This document shows, one piece after another, positions 8,536 to 16,885 of a stretch of DNA of 64,000 bases (position 1 is its first letter; the number at the start of each line of letters is the position of its first letter). The notes under the pieces were generated by a model. That model searched no databases. It was not told the DNA's origin and saw only the letters and a list, made by a program, of their open reading frames with translations. A program made the position numbers and the translations under genes. Origin of the DNA: Deltaproteobacteria bacterium (GTDB lineage Bacteria > SAR324 > NAC60-12). The stretch spans positions 1-64,000 of the forward strand of contig JAYOTF010000016.1 in NCBI GenBank assembly GCA_038150265.1. The letters are read 5' to 3'.

Positions 8536-10100
8536 GACGAAGAGGTCGAGGGGCGGGCAGGAGGATCCGGATCCCTTTCAGCATCCGGGTCGGTGCGAGT
8601 TCGGTATCCTGCGGCTTCAGCCTGGGCGATTTCGTCAGCAAGGGAGGTGTCTTCCGCCGAGTTCGAGGGCTCACGATCGGAGTCCGGCGCGTCGAGGTCC
8701 AGCTCCAGGTCGGGCTCCGCAGGTGCAGGAGCCTGGGGCTCCGGAGAAGACGGGGGCTCAAGCGTTGAGGAAAAAACCTCCACCGCGCTCGGAACCGAGC
8801 CCACTGCCTTCGTCACCTCCGGAGGGCTTGGTTCAGCAGCACTCACCTCCGGGACCACTGTTCGGATGGAGGAGGGCCGGATTCGCTCTGCTTTCGGAGG
8901 CGACGCGGGTGAAGCCTCTTCCCGTCCCACTGCAGGCGGCTCACCGGGTGCCACAGGAGGGCCCTTGGGCGGAAGCGTCAGCGAAGACGAGCGGAGCGTC
9001 TCTTCACTCACTTCCAGCGGCCGGGCTTCCGGAGGAAGCACCTGGTCTCCCATCTCCTGAATCAGTGGCTGGAGTGCTGAAACCTGGGCGCTGAGGGCTT
9101 CGGTGCGCTGCTCCACGCCATCCAGCACCGGTGCCACCCGCGACAGCCACTGGTCGGCAAACTCGGTGACCCGCTCCAGCTGCACATCGGCGGCCTCTGC
9201 AATCGCCCGGTCTCCAGGGTGCACATGCAGGTGAGGCAGCAGTTCCTCCAGGCAGTACTCCTCAATGTTGAGCAGCAGGTCTTCCTCAGCCTTGCGGGTG
9301 GAAGACGCAAACACCATCACCGGAATCACCCCAGCAAGGGCCAGGAACGTGGTATTGAAGGCGACCGAGAGGCCACTGGTCACGCCTCCGAGCGCTGAAC
9401 GAAGCTGTCCTCCCAGCGACCCGGAATCGGCCCCGCGGATGAATTCGGAAAACTCACCGATGCTCTGGCCAATGCCAAAGACGGTCCCGATGAAGCCCAC
9501 AATCGGAATGGCCCAGATGAAGACATTCAGCAGCGTGTAGCGGCCCTGCAGGCGGTTGTAATCCAGCTCGGCCTGGTAGTCGAGGATGGTCTTGATTTCC
9601 TCCTTGCGGGGGATGGCCTTGAGGTAAAGGAAGATGCGGCGCACCCGCTGGAAGATGAGGCTGCTCTGAAACTGACGGACCTTCTTCTGCTCCAGGTGCG
9701 CCCCGATTTCCTGAATCCGCTCCTCCAGGTTGCTGACAAACACCCCCTGGCTCAACGATTCGTGCAGCTCGGCATCCAGCAGGGCCTCATAAGCCCGGTA
9801 CTGCCTCCGGTGCGCCCGGAAGCGGTACAGCACCAAAAAGAGGGACCAGACACACATCAGGAAGATCGCCTCGGAAATGCGTCCGGAGAACAGCTCCAGC
9901 AGGAACTGGTTCCGGGTGACCGGAATCGGGAAGACGAGGTAGAAGATTCCGGTCACCATCAGGGCCAGGGTGAACGCCTTCAGGACATCACTGCGCTCGT
10001 GGCTGGAAGAGGTCGCGAGCATGGTGCCGCATCGCTGACAATAAAGAGCAGCCTCAGGGTTGAGGGCGCTGCATCGAAGACATTTCATCCAGTATCTCAA
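8532..10100 (-). CDS. MotA/TolQ/ExbB proton-channel family protein with N-terminal zinc ribbon and Pro/Glu-rich tail
   Basis: CLRC...CQRC zinc ribbon; IPIVGFIGTVFGI...GLSVAFNTTFLAL channel motif. Confidence 0.85.
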   Translation of the reverse strand: MRYWMKCLRCSALNPEAALYCQRCGTMLATSSSHERSDVLKAFTLALMVTGIFYLVFPIPVTRNQFLLELFSGRISEAIFLMCVWSLFLVLYRFRAHRRQYRAYEALLDAELHESLSQGVFVSNLEERIQEIGAHLEQKKVRQFQSSLIFQRVRRIFLYLKAIPRKEEIKTILDYQAELDYNRLQGRYTLLNVFIWAIPIVGFIGTVFGIGQSIGEFSEFIRGADSGSLGGQLRSALGGVTSGLSVAFNTTFLALAGVIPVMVFASSTRKAEEDLLLNIEEYCLEELLPHLHVHPGDRAIAEAADVQLERVTEFADQWLSRVAPVLDGVEQRTEALSAQVSALQPLIQEMGDQVLPPEARPLEVSEETLRSSSLTLPPKGPPVAPGEPPAVGREEASPASPPKAERIRPSSIRTVVPEVSAAEPSPPEVTKAVGSVPSAVEVFSSTLEPPSSPEPQAPAPAEPDLELDLDAPDSDREPSNSAEDTSLADEIAQAEAAGYRTRTDPDAERDPDPPARPSTSSS

Positions 10101-10272
10101 TGAGGGTTGGCTGAGGTTTCACGCTAGAAAACCCGGCAGGAACAATCAAGTTTTCCCCCGGTCTCGGGTCTGGTAAAAGTCCCGGACCTCCAAGCGTTAC
10201 GGGTTTTTTCTTGCATGCCTGCCTTCAGGGGGATCTGTCCCGAATGCTCTTTTTCCTCAAGCGCCCGTTTCC

Positions 10273-10803
10273 ATGAACCTTCGACTCCTGCTCCTGGGCA
10301 GCCTGCTGCTGAGCCTGTGGCTTCCCCACCAGAGCCACGCTTTGCCCATTCAAACGACCATCCTTGGGCCCTCCCAAGAGCCCGTCGGTCGGGCCAACAT
10401 CTACATTGATTATGTTGAATTACTGGACCCAGAAGGCAACCAGAAAGGGAGGATTGGCTTCACGAATGCCCAGGGGCAGTTTCAGATGCTCGTCGTCCGC
10501 GAAGGCGAGGCTCGGGACTGGGTGGGCACTGCGGCCAACCGGCGGCTTTACGACCGATCGGGGAAGCTCCTGGCGTTTTACGACTGGACGACCTTCTGGA
10601 TCTACGTTTATGCTCCGGATGGAACCCGGCTGGGTCAGGCCAAGTGCATCGCCTTCCGGGGGGTCTGTGCCGCAGGCATTGCCGGGTACCTGAGCGGCAT
10701 CCTGGAGCCTGATTATGCGCCTCCCCCACCTCCACCGGATGCGGCGACGGCAGCGCCAGGTCCGGATTCGACCGTTCAGGACATCGCTCCCACAAACTTC
10801 TGA
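10273..10803 (+). CDS. Hypothetical secreted protein
   Basis: Signal peptide ending SHA-LP; beta-rich body; Pro-rich tail. Confidence 0.7.
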   Translation: MNLRLLLLGSLLLSLWLPHQSHALPIQTTILGPSQEPVGRANIYIDYVELLDPEGNQKGRIGFTNAQGQFQMLVVREGEARDWVGTAANRRLYDRSGKLLAFYDWTTFWIYVYAPDGTRLGQAKCIAFRGVCAAGIAGYLSGILEPDYAPPPPPPDAATAAPGPDSTVQDIAPTNF

Positions 10804-10851
10804 GCCCATGCCCGCTTTCCCGCCCAGCCCGCTTCTGACTTCTGGAGCTGC

Positions 10852-12387
10852 GTGATGACAACGCTCCGCCTGATTTTGGGAGACCAGCTCAACGCCCAGC
10901 ATTCATGGTTTCAGGAGGTGCGCCCAGACGTCACCTACGTCCTCATGGAGGTCCGGCAGGAAACCGATGCCGTCCGGCACCACCTGCAGAAGGTGGTCGC
11001 GTTTTTTGCTGCAATGCGCTCCTTTGCCGAAAGGCTCCGGCAGCAGGGACACCGGGTCGTGTACCTGACGCTGGATGATCCGCAGAACCAGCAAACGTTT
11101 CCAGGAAACCTGCAGGCGTTGCTCCGGGCGCATCAGGCCACCCGGCTGGAGTGGATGCTCCCGGACGAGTGGCGGGTGGACCAGCAGCTGCAGGAGTTTG
11201 CCGCCTCCCTTGAGATCGAAACGGAGGCGGTGGACTCCGAGCACTTCTTTGAGCCCAGGGAAACGCTTGCGACGCTGTTCCGGGGCAAGAAGACCTACCT
11301 GATGGAGTCGTTCTACCGCAAGATGCGGCAGAAGCACCAGATCCTTCTGGACGCTGGAAAGCCCGTTGGTGGCAAGTGGAATTACGACCAGGACAACCGG
11401 CAGCGTTACGATGGCGCGGTTCCGCTTCCAGAGCCCCTGCACTTTCACCGAGACGTGTCCGAGCTCGTGCAGCTGCTTCACGAGCAGGGCGTTGTCACCA
11501 TGGGCCACCTGGCGGACCACGACCTCATGTGGCCAACCACCCGGGAGCAGGCGCTTCAGGCGCTGGAAGCCTTTGTTCAAGAGCGGCTTCCGTTTTTCGG
11601 AACCTATCAGGATGCCTTGACCGAAGCGGGGCCCTTTCTCTTTCACTCCCTCCTGTCCTTTGCCCTGAATGTGAAGCTGCTGCACCCCCGGGAAGTGGTG
11701 GAGGCGGCTGTGCAGGCGTGGGAGCAGCGTCCGGACGTCATCAGTCTGGCGCAGGTGGAGGGATTCGTCCGGCAGATTCTGGGGTGGCGGGAGTTCATGC
11801 GAGGCGTGTACTGGGCCCAGATGCCGGAGTACCGGAGCATGAACTTCCTTGAGCATGACCGACCGCTGCCTGCGTGGTTCTGGACGGGCGACACGAAGAT
11901 GCGGTGCCTGCAGCAGGCCATCACCCAGTCGCTCCAGCACGCGTATGCCCACCACATTCAACGCCTGATGGTGACCGGGAATTTTGCGCTGCTGGCAGGA
12001 ATCGATCCCGATGCCGTGGATGCGTGGTACCTTGGCATTTATGTCGATGCGCTGGAATGGGTGGAGGTGACCAATACCCGGGGGATGAGCCAGTTTGCCG
12101 ATGGGGGGCTGGTGGCTACGAAGCCATATGTGGCCTCTGCCAACTACCTGAACCGCATGGGAGACCACTGCACCCGCTGCCCTTATGACCCCAAGTTGAA
12201 AACGGGTCCCCGGGCCTGTCCCTTCAATGCGCTCTACTGGGATTTCTTTGACCGGCACCGAGCACGACTTCAACGCAACCCACGCATCGGCATGACGTAC
12301 CGGACCTGGGATCGGATGGCACCAGAAGCCCAGCAGCAGCTCCTGCAGCAGGCCAGCTGGATCCGGGATCACCTGGAGGCGCTGTGA
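10852..12387 (+). CDS. FeS-BCP cryptochrome/(6-4) photolyase family protein (Agrobacterium PhrB/CryB type)
   Basis: LILGDQL, GGKWNYDQDNR, EGFVRQILGWREF, YAHHIQRLMV, KPYVASANY; four Cys (MRCL, HCTRC, ACPFN). Confidence 0.92.
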   Translation: MMTTLRLILGDQLNAQHSWFQEVRPDVTYVLMEVRQETDAVRHHLQKVVAFFAAMRSFAERLRQQGHRVVYLTLDDPQNQQTFPGNLQALLRAHQATRLEWMLPDEWRVDQQLQEFAASLEIETEAVDSEHFFEPRETLATLFRGKKTYLMESFYRKMRQKHQILLDAGKPVGGKWNYDQDNRQRYDGAVPLPEPLHFHRDVSELVQLLHEQGVVTMGHLADHDLMWPTTREQALQALEAFVQERLPFFGTYQDALTEAGPFLFHSLLSFALNVKLLHPREVVEAAVQAWEQRPDVISLAQVEGFVRQILGWREFMRGVYWAQMPEYRSMNFLEHDRPLPAWFWTGDTKMRCLQQAITQSLQHAYAHHIQRLMVTGNFALLAGIDPDAVDAWYLGIYVDALEWVEVTNTRGMSQFADGGLVATKPYVASANYLNRMGDHCTRCPYDPKLKTGPRACPFNALYWDFFDRHRARLQRNPRIGMTYRTWDRMAPEAQQQLLQQASWIRDHLEAL

Positions 12388-12412
12388 ATTTTCTGGAACC
12401 TTTGGAGCAATC

Positions 12413-12421
12413 TGCTACGAT
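12413..12421 (+). promoter_or_regulatory. Putative extended -10 promoter for tmRNA
   Basis: TG-C-TACGAT located 23 nt upstream of the mature 5' end. Confidence 0.5.
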
Positions 12422-12444
12422 GGGGGTTGCTTTTCGCGAATTGT

Positions 12445-12821
12445 GGGGATGTTCCGGAATTCGACTGTCAGTGGAAGCAACAAGAAGCAAGCCGTGGGTG
12501 GTGTTCGTGGCCACGTTAAAACGATCACCAAAAAAGTTAGCTGCAAACAACGCTGACTACACTCCTGCTCGCGCAGCTGTCGCTGCGTAACTGAGCAGGC
12601 GCCAAGCGGAAGGTTCGCCCAAGACGTTCCGTTCGGTGTCATCTTGAGTTGGGCTGGCAACGCGTCTTCCTCCGCGGCCGTTGCGAGACCTTAGGAGGTG
12701 TTTCAGGATGAGGCGGTTGGATGCCAACACTCCTGGAGAAAACGAGGAGTTCCAACTAAGCTTGTAGAAACTTGGGTGAAAGCTCGTCAGGACGCGGGTT
12801 CAACTCCCGCCATCTCCACCA
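12445..12821 (+). ncRNA. ssrA: tmRNA
   Basis: 5' GGGGATGTTCCGGAATTCGAC; tag ORF ANNADYTPARAAVAA-stop at 12543-12590; 3' T-arm GCGGGTTCAACTCCCGC and CATCTCCACCA end pairing with the 5' end. Confidence 0.97.
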
Positions 12822-12893
12822 CCCCTCCTTTTTTCATCAATCAACTCAACTCCTTAGAGGACTCTCCTCCGCCTGAATTGAACCCCTTTGCCG

Positions 12894-12917
12894 TTTTGTC
12901 GCACTTTTTGTCGCACT
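12894..12917. repeat. Perfect 12-bp tandem repeat (TTTTGTCGCACT)x2, resembling integrase arm-type sites
   Basis: Seen directly about 70 nt downstream of the tmRNA 3' end; function is inferred. Confidence 0.6.
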
Positions 12918-12982
12918 TCGGGGGTTCCTCATGCCAACCTACCTCTCCTTCAAGCCCACCCGCTCCCGCATTGGTTCCTTCT

Positions 12983-13120
12983 GGCGAGAATCCCGTCCAT
13001 GACTCGAGAGCCATCGGTTCAGGGACTGGCCAGCCTGCGCTGGGACGACCACCAAGCGGCAGTCCCCGCCAACCGCCAAGCCCATTCTGCCAGCCAGTTG
13101 TTTCATGTGAATGGCCCGGG
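12983..13120. mobile_element. Degenerate partial copy of the right half of the 7443-7699 MITE
   Basis: Collinear blocks GGCGAGAATCC, GCCATC, CCAGCCTGCGCTGGGA, AAGCCCATTCTGCC, TTGTTTCATG shared with 7560-7699. Confidence 0.75.
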
Positions 13121-13130
13121 TGACGAGTCA

Positions 13131-13159
13131 TTGACACCCGCGAGTGAGGTGAAGATACT
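13131..13159 (+). promoter_or_regulatory. sigma70-type promoter for the tauE-like gene
   Basis: TTGACA-17 nt-GATACT. Confidence 0.6.
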
Positions 13160-13233
13160 GGAAGGCAGAGCCTCTCTGCGGAACCACAGCCTTCTGTGGC
13201 CCTCCGACGGCATCACCTCCTTGTCTTTCTGCA

Positions 13234-14034
13234 ATGCCCCCAATGGATGGATTCGAAATTCTGGCTGAAAGCCCGGTGTACTTCTGGATCATGGCGGCCC
13301 TGGCCGTCCTGGCGGTGGCCATTTCAAAATCCGGATTTGGTGGCGCGCTCGGTTCCCTGAGTGTTCCGATCATGCTGTTTGTCCTGCCCCCTCGGCTGGC
13401 GTTGGGCATCCTCCTGCCGTTGTTTCTGGTCACCGATGTCTGGGTGGTTTATCTTTGGCGGCACTGGCTGAACCGCAGGATCCTTCTCGTCATGTGCACC
13501 TTTGGTCTGCTGGGACAGCTGATCGGCTGGCTGCTGCTGGATGTCTTCAACGACCGGATCCTCACGACCTTGATTGGCCTGATCGCCATCATCACAGCCG
13601 TCAAGTACGGATGGCGTCGCTTTCGGCCGAGCCCCCAAACTTCAGACGAGATTGCCGCAACCGTCGAGCGTCGACTCGTCCCCCGGGGCGCGTTCTGGTG
13701 CGGGCTCTCTGGCATCTCCAGTTTCGTGTCCCTCTCCGGTGGCATCCCCGCCCAGATCTTTCTCCTGCCCCATGCCCTGGCCCGTCAGGTGTTTGTTGGG
13801 ACCCTCAGCGTGTACTTCTTTGTGATCAACCTGGCAAAGCTCCCGTTTTATGCCGAGGCCGACATCTTCACCCAGGAGACCTGGAACACCTCCCTCCTCC
13901 TGCTGCCGGTCATACCGCTGGGCGTGTTCTTTGGACGCTGGCTCAACACGCACCTCAGCGACCGCATCTTCTACGACATCAGCCACAGCGTTTTGCTGGT
14001 GATGGGCGGCAAGCTGCTCTACAGCGTCCTCTAA
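13234..14034 (+). CDS. Sulfite exporter TauE/SafE family membrane protein
   Basis: About 8 TM helices; SKSGFGG, INLAKLPFY motifs. Confidence 0.85.
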   Translation: MPPMDGFEILAESPVYFWIMAALAVLAVAISKSGFGGALGSLSVPIMLFVLPPRLALGILLPLFLVTDVWVVYLWRHWLNRRILLVMCTFGLLGQLIGWLLLDVFNDRILTTLIGLIAIITAVKYGWRRFRPSPQTSDEIAATVERRLVPRGAFWCGLSGISSFVSLSGGIPAQIFLLPHALARQVFVGTLSVYFFVINLAKLPFYAEADIFTQETWNTSLLLLPVIPLGVFFGRWLNTHLSDRIFYDISHSVLLVMGGKLLYSVL

Positions 14035-14091
14035 GCCGAGGACGTTACGTCACTGGGGAGATCAAGGGAACGGCTCCAGGCGATGCGGGAG

Positions 14092-15045
14092 TCAGGAAAG
14101 CAGGGCGTGCGCGGTCTCTTCGTCCGTAATCAGCGAGTGCAGGAATCCGCCACGCAGGGCCCCTCGCAAGGCCTCGACCTTTTCAGACCCTCCGGCCACA
14201 CCGATGACATGCTTCATCTGCCGCAGGTCTTCCAGGCGGGTGGAAATGAGGCGCTGGTGGTGTTCCAGATGCAACGGGGCACCGTTATCGCCAAAGTGCT
14301 CCCCAAAGATTTCTCCGGCGGCTCCGAGGTGGCGGAGGCGCTGCAGTTCTGATTCGGAGCGGTAGCCAAACTCTCGGAACCCGGCGCTTGGTGCGACGGC
14401 TCCAATGCCCACCAAGGCTAGGTCGCAAGAAAGCGCCTTCTGCATGACCGCATGCACCTCCGGCTCATGCAGAAGCTGATTCCGGAGTGCTTCGGAGCTG
14501 ATGAGGAGGGGGGTCGGGATGATGTGGAAGGGATAAAAAAAGCCAGAAAGGACGCTGCCCACGTTTCCCGGACTCTGCACACTGAGGTAGTTGGTGACGC
14601 CCCCACACAGGGTCACAAACTCCACCTCCCGGTTGCTCAGGCGCCCCAGGTGCCGCATCGCCCACACCACAGTTGAGCCCCAACCGAGGCCCACGAGGTG
14701 CTGCTTTTCCTGCAGACGAGACTCCAGAAACTGCGCGGCGGCCTGTCCGAGGCTCTCAGCCATCTGGTCGGCCGGCACGGCTGGAATCAGCATCACCTCC
14801 CGAAGCCCCCAGCGGGCCTTCATCGCCTCTTCGAGTTCAAAGCGCGCGGGGTCTTCTCCAGCAATGTGGATGCTGACCGTTCCGCTGCGTTTGGCTTCAT
14901 TGAGGATGGTGATCACCCGGGCCCGGTTGAGCCCCAGCTTTTCGGCAATTTCCGACTGCGTCATCCCGGTCTTGTAGTAGTACCAAGCGACCCGGGACCC
15001 ATAGAGTTGCTGATCACGCTCAGCAGTGGTTTGCTTCATGCCCAA
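14092..15045 (-). CDS. SorC/LsrR-family sugar-binding transcriptional regulator
   Basis: VAWYYYKTGMTQSEIAEKLGLNR HTH; GLGWGSTV, ALVGIG, LITDEETA. Confidence 0.92.
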   Translation of the reverse strand: MGMKQTTAERDQQLYGSRVAWYYYKTGMTQSEIAEKLGLNRARVITILNEAKRSGTVSIHIAGEDPARFELEEAMKARWGLREVMLIPAVPADQMAESLGQAAAQFLESRLQEKQHLVGLGWGSTVVWAMRHLGRLSNREVEFVTLCGGVTNYLSVQSPGNVGSVLSGFFYPFHIIPTPLLISSEALRNQLLHEPEVHAVMQKALSCDLALVGIGAVAPSAGFREFGYRSESELQRLRHLGAAGEIFGEHFGDNGAPLHLEHHQRLISTRLEDLRQMKHVIGVAGGSEKVEALRGALRGGFLHSLITDEETAHALLS

Positions 15046-15051
15046 CTAAGG

Positions 15052-16713
15052 TTAAGCCGCCTCAGAAACCTCCTCGGCCTCTGTCGTCTGCGGCTTGGAG
15101 ATGACAGGATTGTCGCGGAAGTACTCCTCCCAGCGCTCTTCGCACTGCTCTCCGAAAAGCAAACGGCACGCCTCCTTCAACCCCTGTGAGGCCTTGAGTT
15201 GCTCAAAGGGCACCACCAGCGAAATCTTGGAACGCCGCCGGAGGAAGTCCTCCAGGTGCGTGATCATCTCGCGTTTTGCCGCGTGGGCAATCTCGACACG
15301 CCGGTACTCCGAGTGCTCAATCAAGATTTCACCCATGCTCGGATCCTCGCGGATCTCCTCCAGCATGGTGAAGGCATCAGAGCCATAACGCCGCCAGAGC
15401 CGCTGAGAAACCGGCTCCGCATCTTCCGGACCCGGCAGCTGGTCCAGTCCCATCAGCTTCGCCTGGTGCAGGAACTCCTCACGGACGGAACGCTCAGGCT
15501 CGCCGTACCACTTGCGCTTCGGGTAAATCAACGGAATCCCGATTTCCTGGATAAAGTCGCAGACCTCCTCACCCACATTGAGGCAGTCCGTCAGCTTGCC
15601 TCCGAAGATGCTGATGTGCCGCTCTTGCGCATTCACGTCAATCTCATGCTTGCGGGAGAGCTTCACCCACTCGGCAGACCCCCCGTCGCTTCCGGACTCA
15701 ACCACCAGCGGACGCACCCCCCAGCGCTCGGCAATGATGTCTTCTCGCGTCAGTGGCTGCGACAGGTTGAGGCGCTTGTTGATGTTGTCGAGCACAAAGC
15801 CACGGTCTTCTTCCGTGATGCCCTCCCTCGGGTTCTCCGTCCGGGTGTCGGTGGTACCGATCACCGTCCGGTTCCCCATCGGAATGGCAAAGAAGAGGCG
15901 CCCATCGTCGGCAAAGAAGGTCAGGACCCGCTTGCTCTTGGTCAGGCGCGGCACAATCAGGTGGATGCCTTTGGAATAAACGTGTCGGTGCTCGGTCCGG
16001 ACCTCGCTGAGGGAGTTGAAGCGGTCCACATAAGGCCCACAGGCGTTGATCAGGCTCCGGGAGCGCACCTCAAAGGTTTCTCCAGATTCACGGTCCCGCA
16101 CCTCGGTCACCCAGATTCCATCTTCCCGTTTGCTCCCCAGCGCCTCCACATAGTTGGCCGCCGAGCAGCCATAGTTCATCGCCGAGCGGATGAAGTTGAA
16201 CACAAACCGAGCGTCGTTGTCATGCAGGTAGGCGTCAGAATACTCCATGCCCCCGATGCTCCGGGAGGTGTTGACCACCGGCTCCTCATCGTTGATCAGC
16301 CCCGGCGTCAGCAACCGCGGCGGCTTGGTAAAGAAGTTCCCGATCAGCCAGTAAAAGAGCGCCCCGCCGTAGAGCATGATCGGCGGAAACCGAAACCCTT
16401 GATCCAGGTTCGTGTAAAACCGGATCTCTTCCACCGTGGAAGGATAGCTCCGGATCAGGTGGTTCCGGGACATGCAGAGCTTCCGGACCAACCCGAACTC
16501 GTAGGTTTCCATGTACTTGATGCCCCCCCAGGCCAAATTGGAGGACGACTGACTCGTGAAGCCCGAAAAATCCCCCTTGTCGATCAGGGCGACCTTGGCG
16601 CCTCGGGCGGCCAGCGCTGCCGCTGAAACCGCACCATTGATGCCTGCCCCCAACACCAGCACGTCGTGGGTGCCCTGCTTCATTCGTTTGATGTTATTTG
16701 TCCGCAATCCCAT
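15052..16713 (-). CDS. glpD: FAD-dependent glycerol-3-phosphate dehydrogenase/oxidase
   Basis: GAGINGA, TSQSSSNLAWGGIKY, KGIHL, IGTTD, GVRPL, GGKLT, DFLRRRS. Confidence 0.88.
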   Translation of the reverse strand: MGLRTNNIKRMKQGTHDVLVLGAGINGAVSAAALAARGAKVALIDKGDFSGFTSQSSSNLAWGGIKYMETYEFGLVRKLCMSRNHLIRSYPSTVEEIRFYTNLDQGFRFPPIMLYGGALFYWLIGNFFTKPPRLLTPGLINDEEPVVNTSRSIGGMEYSDAYLHDNDARFVFNFIRSAMNYGCSAANYVEALGSKREDGIWVTEVRDRESGETFEVRSRSLINACGPYVDRFNSLSEVRTEHRHVYSKGIHLIVPRLTKSKRVLTFFADDGRLFFAIPMGNRTVIGTTDTRTENPREGITEEDRGFVLDNINKRLNLSQPLTREDIIAERWGVRPLVVESGSDGGSAEWVKLSRKHEIDVNAQERHISIFGGKLTDCLNVGEEVCDFIQEIGIPLIYPKRKWYGEPERSVREEFLHQAKLMGLDQLPGPEDAEPVSQRLWRRYGSDAFTMLEEIREDPSMGEILIEHSEYRRVEIAHAAKREMITHLEDFLRRRSKISLVVPFEQLKASQGLKEACRLLFGEQCEERWEEYFRDNPVISKPQTTEAEEVSEAA

Positions 16714-16734
16714 GGTTTTGTTTTCCCTTGAAGT

Positions 16735-16785
16735 TAAGCCAATACTAAATAATGAAAATATATATTACAAATGTCAAATTCTTTA
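16735..16785 (-). promoter_or_regulatory. AT-rich promoter/operator region of the glpD operon
   Basis: TTGACA on the minus strand (16772-16777) within quasi-palindrome TTACAAATGTCAA (16765-16777). Confidence 0.5.
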
Positions 16786-16885
16786 ACCAAAACCTCAAGT
16801 GGCCGGGAAAAACCGGCACAGGGCTTGGCGGGAAGTCCGGGACTGTGGTAGCGTGCTTTCTTTACCCTTCCCCCAGTTGGACTCC

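Noticed and set aside
8020..10100. Zorya (ZorA/ZorB) defence call
   Set aside because: The partner lacks a MotB/OmpA-like domain, the tail is Pro-rich rather than a long helix, and no zorC/D/E genes are adjacent
12384..13268. ORFs overlapping tmRNA and its downstream region (12384-12590, 12698-13123, 12888-13268)
   Set aside because: Explained by the tmRNA tag frame, att-like repeats and the MITE remnant; no protein-like features
12822..16713. Intact genomic island integrated at tmRNA
   Set aside because: No integrase, no visible second att copy, and downstream genes look compositionally native
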